Source: an uncultured Clostridia bacterium (GTDB lineage Bacteria; Bacillota; Clostridia; Christensenellales; UBA1242). From it: a stretch of 64,000 bases of DNA. This document shows, one piece after another, positions 44,945-52,920 of the stretch (the first letter of the stretch is position 1; each line of letters starts with the position of its first letter). The stretch is from positions 14,065-78,064 of the forward strand of contig CATLHJ010000003.1 in NCBI GenBank assembly GCA_949949035.1, read 5' to 3'. A program made the translations under genes and the position numbers. Under the pieces are notes generated by a model. It searched no databases. It was not told the origin of the DNA and worked only from the letters and a program-made list of their open reading frames with translations.

Positions 44945-45044
44945 CGGCGTTTCCGCTGTTCGACAAACGGGGTGACGATGGTTACCCAAACCTTGACGCC
45001 GTGGGGTCTTGCGTTTTTAATACGCGTTATGGTATAATACGCCT

Positions 45045-45860
45045 ATGGATTATTTTAAGAACGCGGGGGCCGAACCCGCAAGCCAGCCCCAAACACCGGT
45101 CAAAGTCAGCGAAAATTTTGACGAAGTTTATTTGCACAACGACGAACAAGGGCAACCACTGTACGGCTTTACGGTACGCGGGCACACCATTACCCAATTT
45201 CACACTTACCCCAGTTTTCAATGGCAAGACGTCCAATTACCCCAACTGGATTTAAGCAATGACCCGTGGGCCATTCAACACCGTGACGTGTTGGCGGCCA
45301 TGGCCGAACAAAACGGGCACTTCACCGCGGAGTTTCGCCCGACTGCGCAACCTAACCCCGTCCGCGACGCAATGAGCAGTGACGAATGGCTACAAAACTA
45401 CGCGAACGGCGGCTTAACCGTCGCCAAAGGTTGCTTTGCCGGCTACCGTAACTTACGTTTGAAAGTACCAACCGACTACTCGGTAAAACTGGCGGACGGT
45501 TGCTTTGACCAACACGCCAAAGTCGAATTGGTTTTGCCCAACAACGTGGACGTAAAGTGCCTGGAATACAGTTACGCGACCGACCAAGAACGCGGCAGCG
45601 AAAAGTGGCTGTTGTTGGCGCACCGTGATTTTCATTACAACCGCGTGCAACAAGACCCCGACCGCTTTGCCGTCTACGCGACCCACAATTACCAACGCCG
45701 CGACCGCGAAACACAAATTTTTGTGTCACATTTACCCCAACGCAAACTGACGACCTGCACCGTGCAACCGTACCAACTGTTAACCGAAATTAAGGTTGAC
45801 GATTGGTTCGCCCCACAAAACAAAAGCGTTTACTTACAAAACCCCACCCGCGAACGCTAA
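45045..45860 (+). CDS. hypothetical protein, orphan family A (copy 2)
   Basis: 271 aa. QNYANGGLTVAKGCFAGYRNLRLKVPTDYSVKLADGCFDQHAKVELVL aligns to copy 1. Confidence 0.5.
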   Translation: MDYFKNAGAEPASQPQTPVKVSENFDEVYLHNDEQGQPLYGFTVRGHTITQFHTYPSFQWQDVQLPQLDLSNDPWAIQHRDVLAAMAEQNGHFTAEFRPTAQPNPVRDAMSSDEWLQNYANGGLTVAKGCFAGYRNLRLKVPTDYSVKLADGCFDQHAKVELVLPNNVDVKCLEYSYATDQERGSEKWLLLAHRDFHYNRVQQDPDRFAVYATHNYQRRDRETQIFVSHLPQRKLTTCTVQPYQLLTEIKVDDWFAPQNKSVYLQNPTRER

Positions 45861-45908
45861 AGCATTAACCGTTTGACCAAAACGGCGCCGTGACTTATAT
45901 TATTAACG

Positions 45909-46397
45909 ATGAGCAAATTAAAGTTAACTAGCCAAAACCTGATCACCGCCGTACTGTTTGGGGTACTGGGAATTTTGTTAATTGTGTTACGCATGGGCAT
46001 GTTAAACGTATTGCTGACCATTATCGGCGTACTACTTTTGGCGGTCGGGATTTATGACATTGTGATGAATTTAAGCCGTCGTACCAACACCTTGGTGCGG
46101 GGCATTATTGAAACGTTAGTGGGCGTAGTGATTATTGTCTGCGGGTGGACGATTGCCCAGTGGACGTTAATTATCTTTGGCGTACTGTTGGTCATTTTGG
46201 GCGTGGTCGGCAGCGTCAAGTATTTACAAAACCACCGCCACAACGTCACGTTACTGGTGGAGAACATTTTAATGGTGGTGATTGGCGTTATCTTGTGTAT
46301 TGCACCGTTCGCGATTGGCGACATTATTTGCCTGATCGTGGGGCTGCTGTGTCTGGTTAATGCGGTGTTGGCGTTGTTTGGTAAAACCATTGCCTAA
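45909..46397 (+). CDS. small polytopic membrane protein (HdeD/DUF308-like pattern)
   Basis: 162 aa with repeated GxxxIxxG-type TM helices. Confidence 0.5.
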   Translation: MSKLKLTSQNLITAVLFGVLGILLIVLRMGMLNVLLTIIGVLLLAVGIYDIVMNLSRRTNTLVRGIIETLVGVVIIVCGWTIAQWTLIIFGVLLVILGVVGSVKYLQNHRHNVTLLVENILMVVIGVILCIAPFAIGDIICLIVGLLCLVNAVLALFGKTIA

Positions 46398-46447
46398 ATA
46401 CGCAGTTACCCCTTGTCAACGTTGACGGGATAGTGTATATTGTGCCT

Positions 46448-47092
46448 ATGAAAAAAACGACCTTTAATGACCGCCGTTTACACGTTAAACAAGACCGCGA
46501 TGTCGAGATGGCCGGCTTGCACGCCGAGTACCCACTGACCATTACGCCAGCCATGACCAACACGCTGCTGTACGCGGTACTTGATTTTTTCCCGATTGAT
46601 GCCAACTTAAACGACGACATTGCGTTGCACACCACCGACTCCGCGTGGCTGACCGGTGCGCTCTATAACCTTTTGCAAGCCCGCGGGCAGACTTTACCAT
46701 TACCCGTGGTCACCAAGTACGTACATGATTCAAACTTTTTCCAGATGCATCGGCAGATGTACCAAGTACGCTTGGCCTATAACTTATTGGCTGCCGGCCA
46801 AGAGTTTGCGGTGGTGTGCGAAACCTTAACCGCAGTGGGGATTGCACCAGACGTAGTTACCGAAGCCAATGTCAAGTTGAGCCGACAAAAAGCGCAAAGT
46901 CGTGCCGCACAAAATACTGACCATAGTTTTGTTGACAATATTTACGAAAATATTTGCGACTTACGCTGTCGCTTAAGCCACACCACCGACCCCCAACAAA
47001 GCCAGCACTTGCAACAACTTATTGACAGCAAATACGAGTTAATTGACCGCTTAAGTCAGTCGCACTGCGACCATGACCGCGAACGCGAATAA
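46448..47092 (+). CDS. hypothetical protein (orphan)
   Basis: ATG at 46448 (MKKTTFNDRR). 214 aa. No recognisable motifs. Confidence 0.5.
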   Translation: MKKTTFNDRRLHVKQDRDVEMAGLHAEYPLTITPAMTNTLLYAVLDFFPIDANLNDDIALHTTDSAWLTGALYNLLQARGQTLPLPVVTKYVHDSNFFQMHRQMYQVRLAYNLLAAGQEFAVVCETLTAVGIAPDVVTEANVKLSRQKAQSRAAQNTDHSFVDNIYENICDLRCRLSHTTDPQQSQHLQQLIDSKYELIDRLSQSHCDHDRERE

Positions 47093-47127
47093 TTTGCCAA
47101 CCGCAACCAAATTTGCTATCATAAATT

Positions 47128-48198
47128 ATGAGTATTTTAACCACTTATTTGAATTCGCCGGCCATGGCGCAAGACGTTTACGCGACGGGGGACGGCACCA
47201 CCCCCGAAGAAGTCCAATTCGCCACCAACGAATTGACCTACGCGGCTTTGCGTTGGCACCAACTGTTTGAAAACGCCAACGTCGACGCACGCCGCATTAA
47301 CTTGCAACCATTAGGTCACCAAGACTTTGCGTTGTACATCGAGACGGCCACCAACCTGTTGAAAAAACCCAATATGAATCCGGTACGCTTTACCGCCCAC
47401 GTCAATGACCTGTTACGCGCGGCGTCGTACAAGGCGTTAGGCGTTGACCCCACCCGCATTACCGACCCGCAAGTCAGCGACGACTATCACCAACGGTTGG
47501 TGACCTTATTAACCATGGGGGCGTGCGAATACCACGGCAGCAACGCGCGCTTTGCCGACAGTATCCGCGCCCACGGTTTGGACCCGCAAGTTAAGCAGTA
47601 CGACGCGGACGAAATTGGTCACATTGACGGCTTGTTGCGTAAGGCCGGCAGTGATTTAGGCTGGGCGGTGCGCGACCAAACCCGCCTGTCCACGACGCCC
47701 GACCCGCACCACGCCCTGCGCCACGCTAACATCTCGCCCGAATGGTTTTATTTGTTTACCGGCGGTTATTTTCAAAACAACCCCGACCACGCGGCACGTT
47801 TCCACGATACGGCTCGCGCCCACGTATTACAACAGTTACCCCACCCGGAAAATTTAAGTTTCGCCGAACAACAACAACTGTTAACGTTTTTTGACCAGTA
47901 TTGGCCTAAATTGACCACCCATGACCACCCCCAACTGGTGATGGTACCGTACTTCCGTGACCCGCAACTATTAAACGAGCAAATTGACCTGAATTTACAG
48001 TACCTGCGACAGTGGGGTCCCGAAAAGACCATTACCGACTTGTTCAACGGCGATTGTTACTGCGGTTACGAACACGTCCACGACGAACCTATCGACCTAA
48101 CCGACGCGGAAATGGTGGAACTGCCCACCGCCTACACCATCAGTCGGCAAATTGAACGCTCGTTAGCCAACGCCGCGGCCATGGAACAGCATCGATAA
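47128..48198 (+). CDS. hypothetical protein (orphan; weak ADP-ribosyltransferase/Tpt1-like YHGS...SI..HGL segment)
   Basis: 356 aa. EYHGSNARFADSIRAHGLDP and the later RLSTTPD are reminiscent of ART-fold motifs. Unverified. Confidence 0.5.
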   Translation: MSILTTYLNSPAMAQDVYATGDGTTPEEVQFATNELTYAALRWHQLFENANVDARRINLQPLGHQDFALYIETATNLLKKPNMNPVRFTAHVNDLLRAASYKALGVDPTRITDPQVSDDYHQRLVTLLTMGACEYHGSNARFADSIRAHGLDPQVKQYDADEIGHIDGLLRKAGSDLGWAVRDQTRLSTTPDPHHALRHANISPEWFYLFTGGYFQNNPDHAARFHDTARAHVLQQLPHPENLSFAEQQQLLTFFDQYWPKLTTHDHPQLVMVPYFRDPQLLNEQIDLNLQYLRQWGPEKTITDLFNGDCYCGYEHVHDEPIDLTDAEMVELPTAYTISRQIERSLANAAAMEQHR

Positions 48199-48307
48199 GC
48201 ACGAAATTAACCCGTTAAAATAAAAAAGTTAAAAATTTTTACGCAAAGGTATTGCTTTTGGCGCGTAAGTATTCTATGCTGTCTGTAATCATAAAAAAGG
48301 GGACATC

Positions 48308-48700
48308 ATGAAAAAAACCACTTTGCGACAAGGTCTATTCAATAAGGCACGCGCCGTGAAAAACTGGGCGCGTCATTACGGTGCCATGGTGGGCTTGTGG
48401 GCTGCGTCAGCCGGTTTGGTCGCGGGCATTGTCCACGTGAACAACGTACAAAAAACCGCTGCGGCCCGTCAAGACGCAATCTTGGCCCACCATAACGCCA
48501 TTTGGGAACTTTGGGCCGCGCACCAAGGCGCCGGCAGTATCCCGTTAGCCAAAGACGCGGACGCTTTGCGGCAAATTGCTGACCATGCCCGCCAAATGGC
48601 TTTGACGCCCGCGCAAAGCGAAAAAATGAGTCGCGACTACGACTTACCGCGCACCCTTTTTGCCGAAAACCAAACGGTCGACCAAGGGTTGGCCCAATAA
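48308..48700 (+). CDS. small single-pass membrane protein, orphan family F (copy 1)
   Basis: 130 aa with GGGGA RBS. MKKTTLRQGLFNKARAVKNWARHYG followed by a TM helix. C-terminal LTPAQSEKMSRDYDLPRTLF. Confidence 0.55.
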   Translation: MKKTTLRQGLFNKARAVKNWARHYGAMVGLWAASAGLVAGIVHVNNVQKTAAARQDAILAHHNAIWELWAAHQGAGSIPLAKDADALRQIADHARQMALTPAQSEKMSRDYDLPRTLFAENQTVDQGLAQ

Positions 48701-48710
48701 GGAGGAAATA

Positions 48711-49112
48711 ATGAAAAAAACTACTTTGCAACAAAATTTATTTAACCAGGCACGCGGCTTGAGAAACTGGGTGCGCCGTCACGAAATTGGCGTGGCGGTC
48801 GGCTTAACCGCGGTCGGTGTGGCCGGCTTAACTTACAGCGTTGGCGAATTAAAAAAGAGCATCGACGTTTGCGCGCAACGAGCGTTGGCGGAAGAGCAGG
48901 GTATTTACCAATACGCCACGGACGCTAACCAGAAATTACAGAAAGTACAAGACGAGAACGAAACTAACCAAATGTTACGTGACATCGCCAGCCAGATGCA
49001 CTTAACGGCGGAGCAAATTGACCAACTGTGCACGGATTACGATTTACCGCGCGCGATTTTTGACAATTTACCCGCACCAAAAGCAACTGCCGACCAAGAG
49101 TTGGCCAAATAA
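48711..49112 (+). CDS. small single-pass membrane protein, orphan family F (copy 2)
   Basis: ATG at 48711 after AAGGAGG. MKKTTLQQNLFNQARGLRNWVRRHE followed by a TM helix. C-terminal LTAEQIDQLCTDYDLPRAIF. Confidence 0.55.
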   Translation: MKKTTLQQNLFNQARGLRNWVRRHEIGVAVGLTAVGVAGLTYSVGELKKSIDVCAQRALAEEQGIYQYATDANQKLQKVQDENETNQMLRDIASQMHLTAEQIDQLCTDYDLPRAIFDNLPAPKATADQELAK

Positions 49113-49121
49113 GGAGACAAC

Positions 49122-49364
49122 ATGAAATTAAGCAAATTATTGGATCGTTTTAGCCACGGTTACCGCCAAATACAAGCGTGGGGCGAAAAACACGGCGAAG
49201 CCATGGGTTGGGCTTTGGCGGCCGGCTTGGTGGCCGGCACCGCCGCGTGGGGTATCCGTGGTTGCGCTACGGGGAATTGGACACCCGTTTTCGCCAAGAA
49301 TCCCACACCAGTGGTGCAAACCGTTGACGCAGCGACACAACCCGCTCCGGAGTTAAGCAAGTAA
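49122..49364 (+). CDS. small single-pass membrane protein, orphan family F (short copy 3)
   Basis: 80 aa after AAGGAGA. N-terminal basic segment plus a TM helix, similar to copies 1 and 2. It lacks the C-terminal DYDLPR module. Confidence 0.5.
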   Translation: MKLSKLLDRFSHGYRQIQAWGEKHGEAMGWALAAGLVAGTAAWGIRGCATGNWTPVFAKNPTPVVQTVDAATQPAPELSK

Positions 49365-49374
49365 GGCGGGCACT

Positions 49375-50352
49375 ATGTACAGCAAGACCGATTATTGGGC
49401 GACCGAATTTTTGTCGCTTTACACCGCCCACAAGTTACAGAATGGGGGGCTGCCGGTAATTACCGCCCACGAACTGACCGCCACCGCCAACAGTTTAATT
49501 AACAGTATTTACCGCCACTCGCCACACACGCAACAGTTGGCGTTTGATGATTTACTGTGGCTGGCGGCCGCTTGGCAAGACCGCGCCGACGCGCAACACC
49601 CCCACGGAGAACTGGGTTTCCAATTAAAAGACGGTAATTTGGTACCGACCTACGCGTTTCGTAATCTTTCCGACGGCAAGGCCAAGACCTTAAACGCCTT
49701 TTTTGACCGTGCGCCGTTGTTAGTGGTGCCGTCCGCGCCGACCCCGCGCCGTCACGTCAGTCCCGCCGTGCGACTAACCGCGGCCGCCGTGGGGCGTTAC
49801 TTAACCGATTATTTCGCGCAAAAATACATTACGTTCGAACGGGTTAATGGTCGTTGGCCGTGCCACCTGACGGATTTAAGCAACCTGTACCGTGACGACT
49901 TGGCACGTCGTCTGGGCTTGGCCGGCGACAAAAAATACTTTGCCCGCTTTCGCCAAGCCGCGTCCGCTTACGTTGCACAGTTAATGGCCGGCGCGCCCGA
50001 CGGCGTGGTGCAACTAACCGACCAAGTCAGTGGGACTTTGGCGTTTAACAATTTACGGCGTCTGTTGGTAGACTTTGCGTTACTGGATAATTTATGCACT
50101 TCGACCGTGGATGTTTTGCACCCGCAACAGTTACAACTGTCCCTGCACCCAACCGCGATCAGCGTAACCGAAAAGACGCTGCTTAACAAACGGGTAATCA
50201 CCCACCACCGCGCATTGACGCCCACCCAACTGGCCGAATATGTCGTCACGAATGTGAACCAACCGTCGAAGCGCCGTCATCTCAAACTTGGCGATGGCCT
50301 GCACGCATTGCGTAACGCGGTTAACCTTTTCACCGCCGAACGCGATAAATGA
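49375..50352 (+). CDS. hypothetical protein (orphan)
   Basis: 325 aa, starting 10 nt after the previous stop. No recognisable motifs. Confidence 0.5.
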   Translation: MYSKTDYWATEFLSLYTAHKLQNGGLPVITAHELTATANSLINSIYRHSPHTQQLAFDDLLWLAAAWQDRADAQHPHGELGFQLKDGNLVPTYAFRNLSDGKAKTLNAFFDRAPLLVVPSAPTPRRHVSPAVRLTAAAVGRYLTDYFAQKYITFERVNGRWPCHLTDLSNLYRDDLARRLGLAGDKKYFARFRQAASAYVAQLMAGAPDGVVQLTDQVSGTLAFNNLRRLLVDFALLDNLCTSTVDVLHPQQLQLSLHPTAISVTEKTLLNKRVITHHRALTPTQLAEYVVTNVNQPSKRRHLKLGDGLHALRNAVNLFTAERDK

Positions 50353-50412
50353 TTGCTATTTACGTAAATTTAGGTAAACTGTTAATAGGAACACATTTAG
50401 GGAAAGGAAGTT

Positions 50413-51474
50413 ATGGAACAATTTTACGTCGAACCTAATATCAAGCGGACGCAGCGGGTCTTCCCCCGACAAAACCGTTACGCTTACCACCGCTATGACA
50501 TGAACGAAAATCCGGCGGGCTTACCACGTTGGTTCGTAAAAAAGGTAACACGCAAAATTACTCCCGAATTTTTAGCAATTTATCCCGAACCCGACCGTTT
50601 TTTACACCGTTACGCGGACTACGTTGGCGCCAAGTACGAAAACTTGCTGGCTACCAATGGCTCCGACATGGCCATTCGGTACATTTTAGAAACCTTTGGC
50701 GAACGCGGTAAAAAGGTGGTTACGGTGGCGCCGTCTTTTGAAATGTACCGCATTAACTGTAATATTTTGGGCCTACAACATTACCCCGTTAACTATAATG
50801 ACGATTTGTCGTTGGATTTTCAGCAATTATTGGCCGCGATTGATAACGATACGCGGGTCGTCGTTTTGGTTAACCCGAATAATCCGGTTGGCAATGTTTA
50901 CCGTCGCGAGCAAGTCGAACAGGTGATTAACCGCGCCCGTCAATACCGGGCCATCGTGGTGATTGACGAAGCGTATTATTATTTTTATAACCAAACCTTT
51001 ATTGATTACGCTTTGCACGGCGATAACGTTATTGTCTTACGCACCTTTTCCAAACTGTTTTCTTTGGCGGCGTGCCGGCTGGGCGTAGTCATCAGTAACC
51101 CCACCATTATTCAGTACTTAAAAAACGGGAAATTGACCTTTGACGCGAATGCCGTGGCTTTACTGTTTGCCGAAAATATTATTGCCTGCCCCCGCCTAAT
51201 TACCCAGTTAATTGCCAAACAACAAGCGGGCAAGGAGTATTTGTTAACTACGTTACGGGCACTTGGGTATGACTGCCGCGACGGCCAAGGCAACTATGTC
51301 TTTATTGCCACGCGACGGGACGCCCACCAAGTTACGCAAGCACTGGCCGACCAAAAACACGTCTTGGTTCACGATTATGGTAACCCCTTGTTGAGCAAGT
51401 TGATTCGGGTAAGTACGGGTGACCGGAAAAGTATGAAATTTTTTGTCAAAGCCTTTTTGGCCATTGACCGTTAA
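50413..51474 (+). CDS. PLP-dependent aminotransferase, histidinol-phosphate aminotransferase (HisC/CobD) family
   Basis: NPNNPVGN, IDEAYYYF, and RTFSKLFSLAACRLG (PLP lysine). GGAAAGGAAG RBS. Confidence 0.8.
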   Translation: MEQFYVEPNIKRTQRVFPRQNRYAYHRYDMNENPAGLPRWFVKKVTRKITPEFLAIYPEPDRFLHRYADYVGAKYENLLATNGSDMAIRYILETFGERGKKVVTVAPSFEMYRINCNILGLQHYPVNYNDDLSLDFQQLLAAIDNDTRVVVLVNPNNPVGNVYRREQVEQVINRARQYRAIVVIDEAYYYFYNQTFIDYALHGDNVIVLRTFSKLFSLAACRLGVVISNPTIIQYLKNGKLTFDANAVALLFAENIIACPRLITQLIAKQQAGKEYLLTTLRALGYDCRDGQGNYVFIATRRDAHQVTQALADQKHVLVHDYGNPLLSKLIRVSTGDRKSMKFFVKAFLAIDR

Positions 51475-51484
51475 AGGAGCGTCG

Positions 51485-52834
51485 ATGACCAAAGTAATTA
51501 CCTACGGAACTTTTGATTTACTCCATAACGGACACCTGCGGTTGTTGGAACGAGCCAAAAAACTGGGTGATTATTTAATCGTGGGGGTAACATCCGAAGA
51601 GTACGACAAATTTCGTGGCAAAATTAACGTTAATCAATCTTTAATCGAACGCATTGAAGCCGTCAAGGCCACAGGATTGGCCGACGAAATTATCATTGAA
51701 TGGTACGAAGGGCAAAAGATTGATGACATTAAACGCTTTGGCATTGACATTTTTACGGTGGGTTCCGATTGGCAAGGAAAGTTTGACTATCTCCAAGAAT
51801 TTTGCCAAGTGGTTTATTTACCGCGCACCAAAGGCATTTCCAGTTCGCAAATCCGTACTACCAGCAACTCATTGAAACTGGGCATTGTCGGTTCGTCTAC
51901 GACTATTGCTAAATTTATTACGGAAAGCAGTTACGTAAACGGGGTAAGGGTCGCGGGAGTTTGCACCACTAATCTCATGAACTTACCCGACCAATTAAAG
52001 AATCTTGACTGTGTAACGACCGATTACGCCACCTTGGTCAGAAAAGTCGATGCGGTCTATTTGGCGTCAGGGCCGGCCGACCACTACCAACAAATTAAGT
52101 ACGCCTTAAACCACCAAAAACCGGTGCTTTGTGAACTGCCTTTAACCTTGGACGTTAAGCAAAACCAAGAGTTGTTAGCCTTGGCGAGTGCCAAGGGGGT
52201 TGTTTTAGACTTTGCCATTAAGACCGCCTACACTACCGCCTACAACCGTTTAATATTTATGTTAAAAAGCGGGATTATTGGCAAAATCGTGCACATCGAC
52301 GCCACTTGCACGACAGCGGCACTGACTGATTTTGGTGCGACGCAGCCAGTTAACCAAGACTGGAATAACCTTTGCGCGTGGGGCACCAAAGCAATGTTGC
52401 CCATTTTCCAATTATTAGGAACCAATTATCGCGAGAAAAAAATTATTACTTGGTTAACCGACCGCCAGCAACATTACGACGCCTATACCAAAATCAATTT
52501 CCTTTACCGGAACGCCGAAGCGACTTTAAAAGTTGGCCACGGGGTAAAAGCCGCCGGGCAGTTGATGATTGTGGGGACAGAAGGTTACGTTTACGTACCA
52601 GAACCGTGGTGGGAAACCGAATACTTTGAAGTACACTACGCCAATGCCAACACCAAAAAGTTTTTTTACGGGTTGGATGGTGAAGGCATTAGGTACGAAA
52701 TTTTATCCTTCGTCAAGGCGATTAAAAACAAAACCGCGAACACTTATCTCGACCTTGGCACCGTTAACGCGATAACCAAGGTCTGCGGTGACTTTGACGC
52801 CGGACTTGATACCGTTGAATTAACCGTTAAATAA
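51485..52834 (+). CDS. fusion of a glycerol-3-phosphate cytidylyltransferase-like domain (TagD type) and a Gfo/Idh/MocA-type oxidoreductase domain
   Basis: N-terminal YGTFDLLHNGHLRLLERAKKLGDYLIVGV (HxGH) and RTKGISSSQIR. From about residue 130, a Rossmann LKLGIVGSSTTIAKF and an oxidoreductase-like remainder. ATG at 51485 after AAAGGAG. Confidence 0.75.
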   Translation: MTKVITYGTFDLLHNGHLRLLERAKKLGDYLIVGVTSEEYDKFRGKINVNQSLIERIEAVKATGLADEIIIEWYEGQKIDDIKRFGIDIFTVGSDWQGKFDYLQEFCQVVYLPRTKGISSSQIRTTSNSLKLGIVGSSTTIAKFITESSYVNGVRVAGVCTTNLMNLPDQLKNLDCVTTDYATLVRKVDAVYLASGPADHYQQIKYALNHQKPVLCELPLTLDVKQNQELLALASAKGVVLDFAIKTAYTTAYNRLIFMLKSGIIGKIVHIDATCTTAALTDFGATQPVNQDWNNLCAWGTKAMLPIFQLLGTNYREKKIITWLTDRQQHYDAYTKINFLYRNAEATLKVGHGVKAAGQLMIVGTEGYVYVPEPWWETEYFEVHYANANTKKFFYGLDGEGIRYEILSFVKAIKNKTANTYLDLGTVNAITKVCGDFDAGLDTVELTVK

Positions 52835-52920
52835 CAAACAACGTTACAGCCGGTTGACACAGCACACTAAATTTTATATAGTTTTATTGAACATTAGTTG
52901 TCGATAATTGTGGAGGAAAA

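Noticed and set aside
44149-50412. Integrated mobile island at the tRNA-Leu gene.
   Set aside because: No integrase or recombinase is present. I found no direct repeat of the tRNA 3' end at the distal boundary, and there are no phage or conjugation genes. The tRNA proximity is noted, but mobility is not supported.
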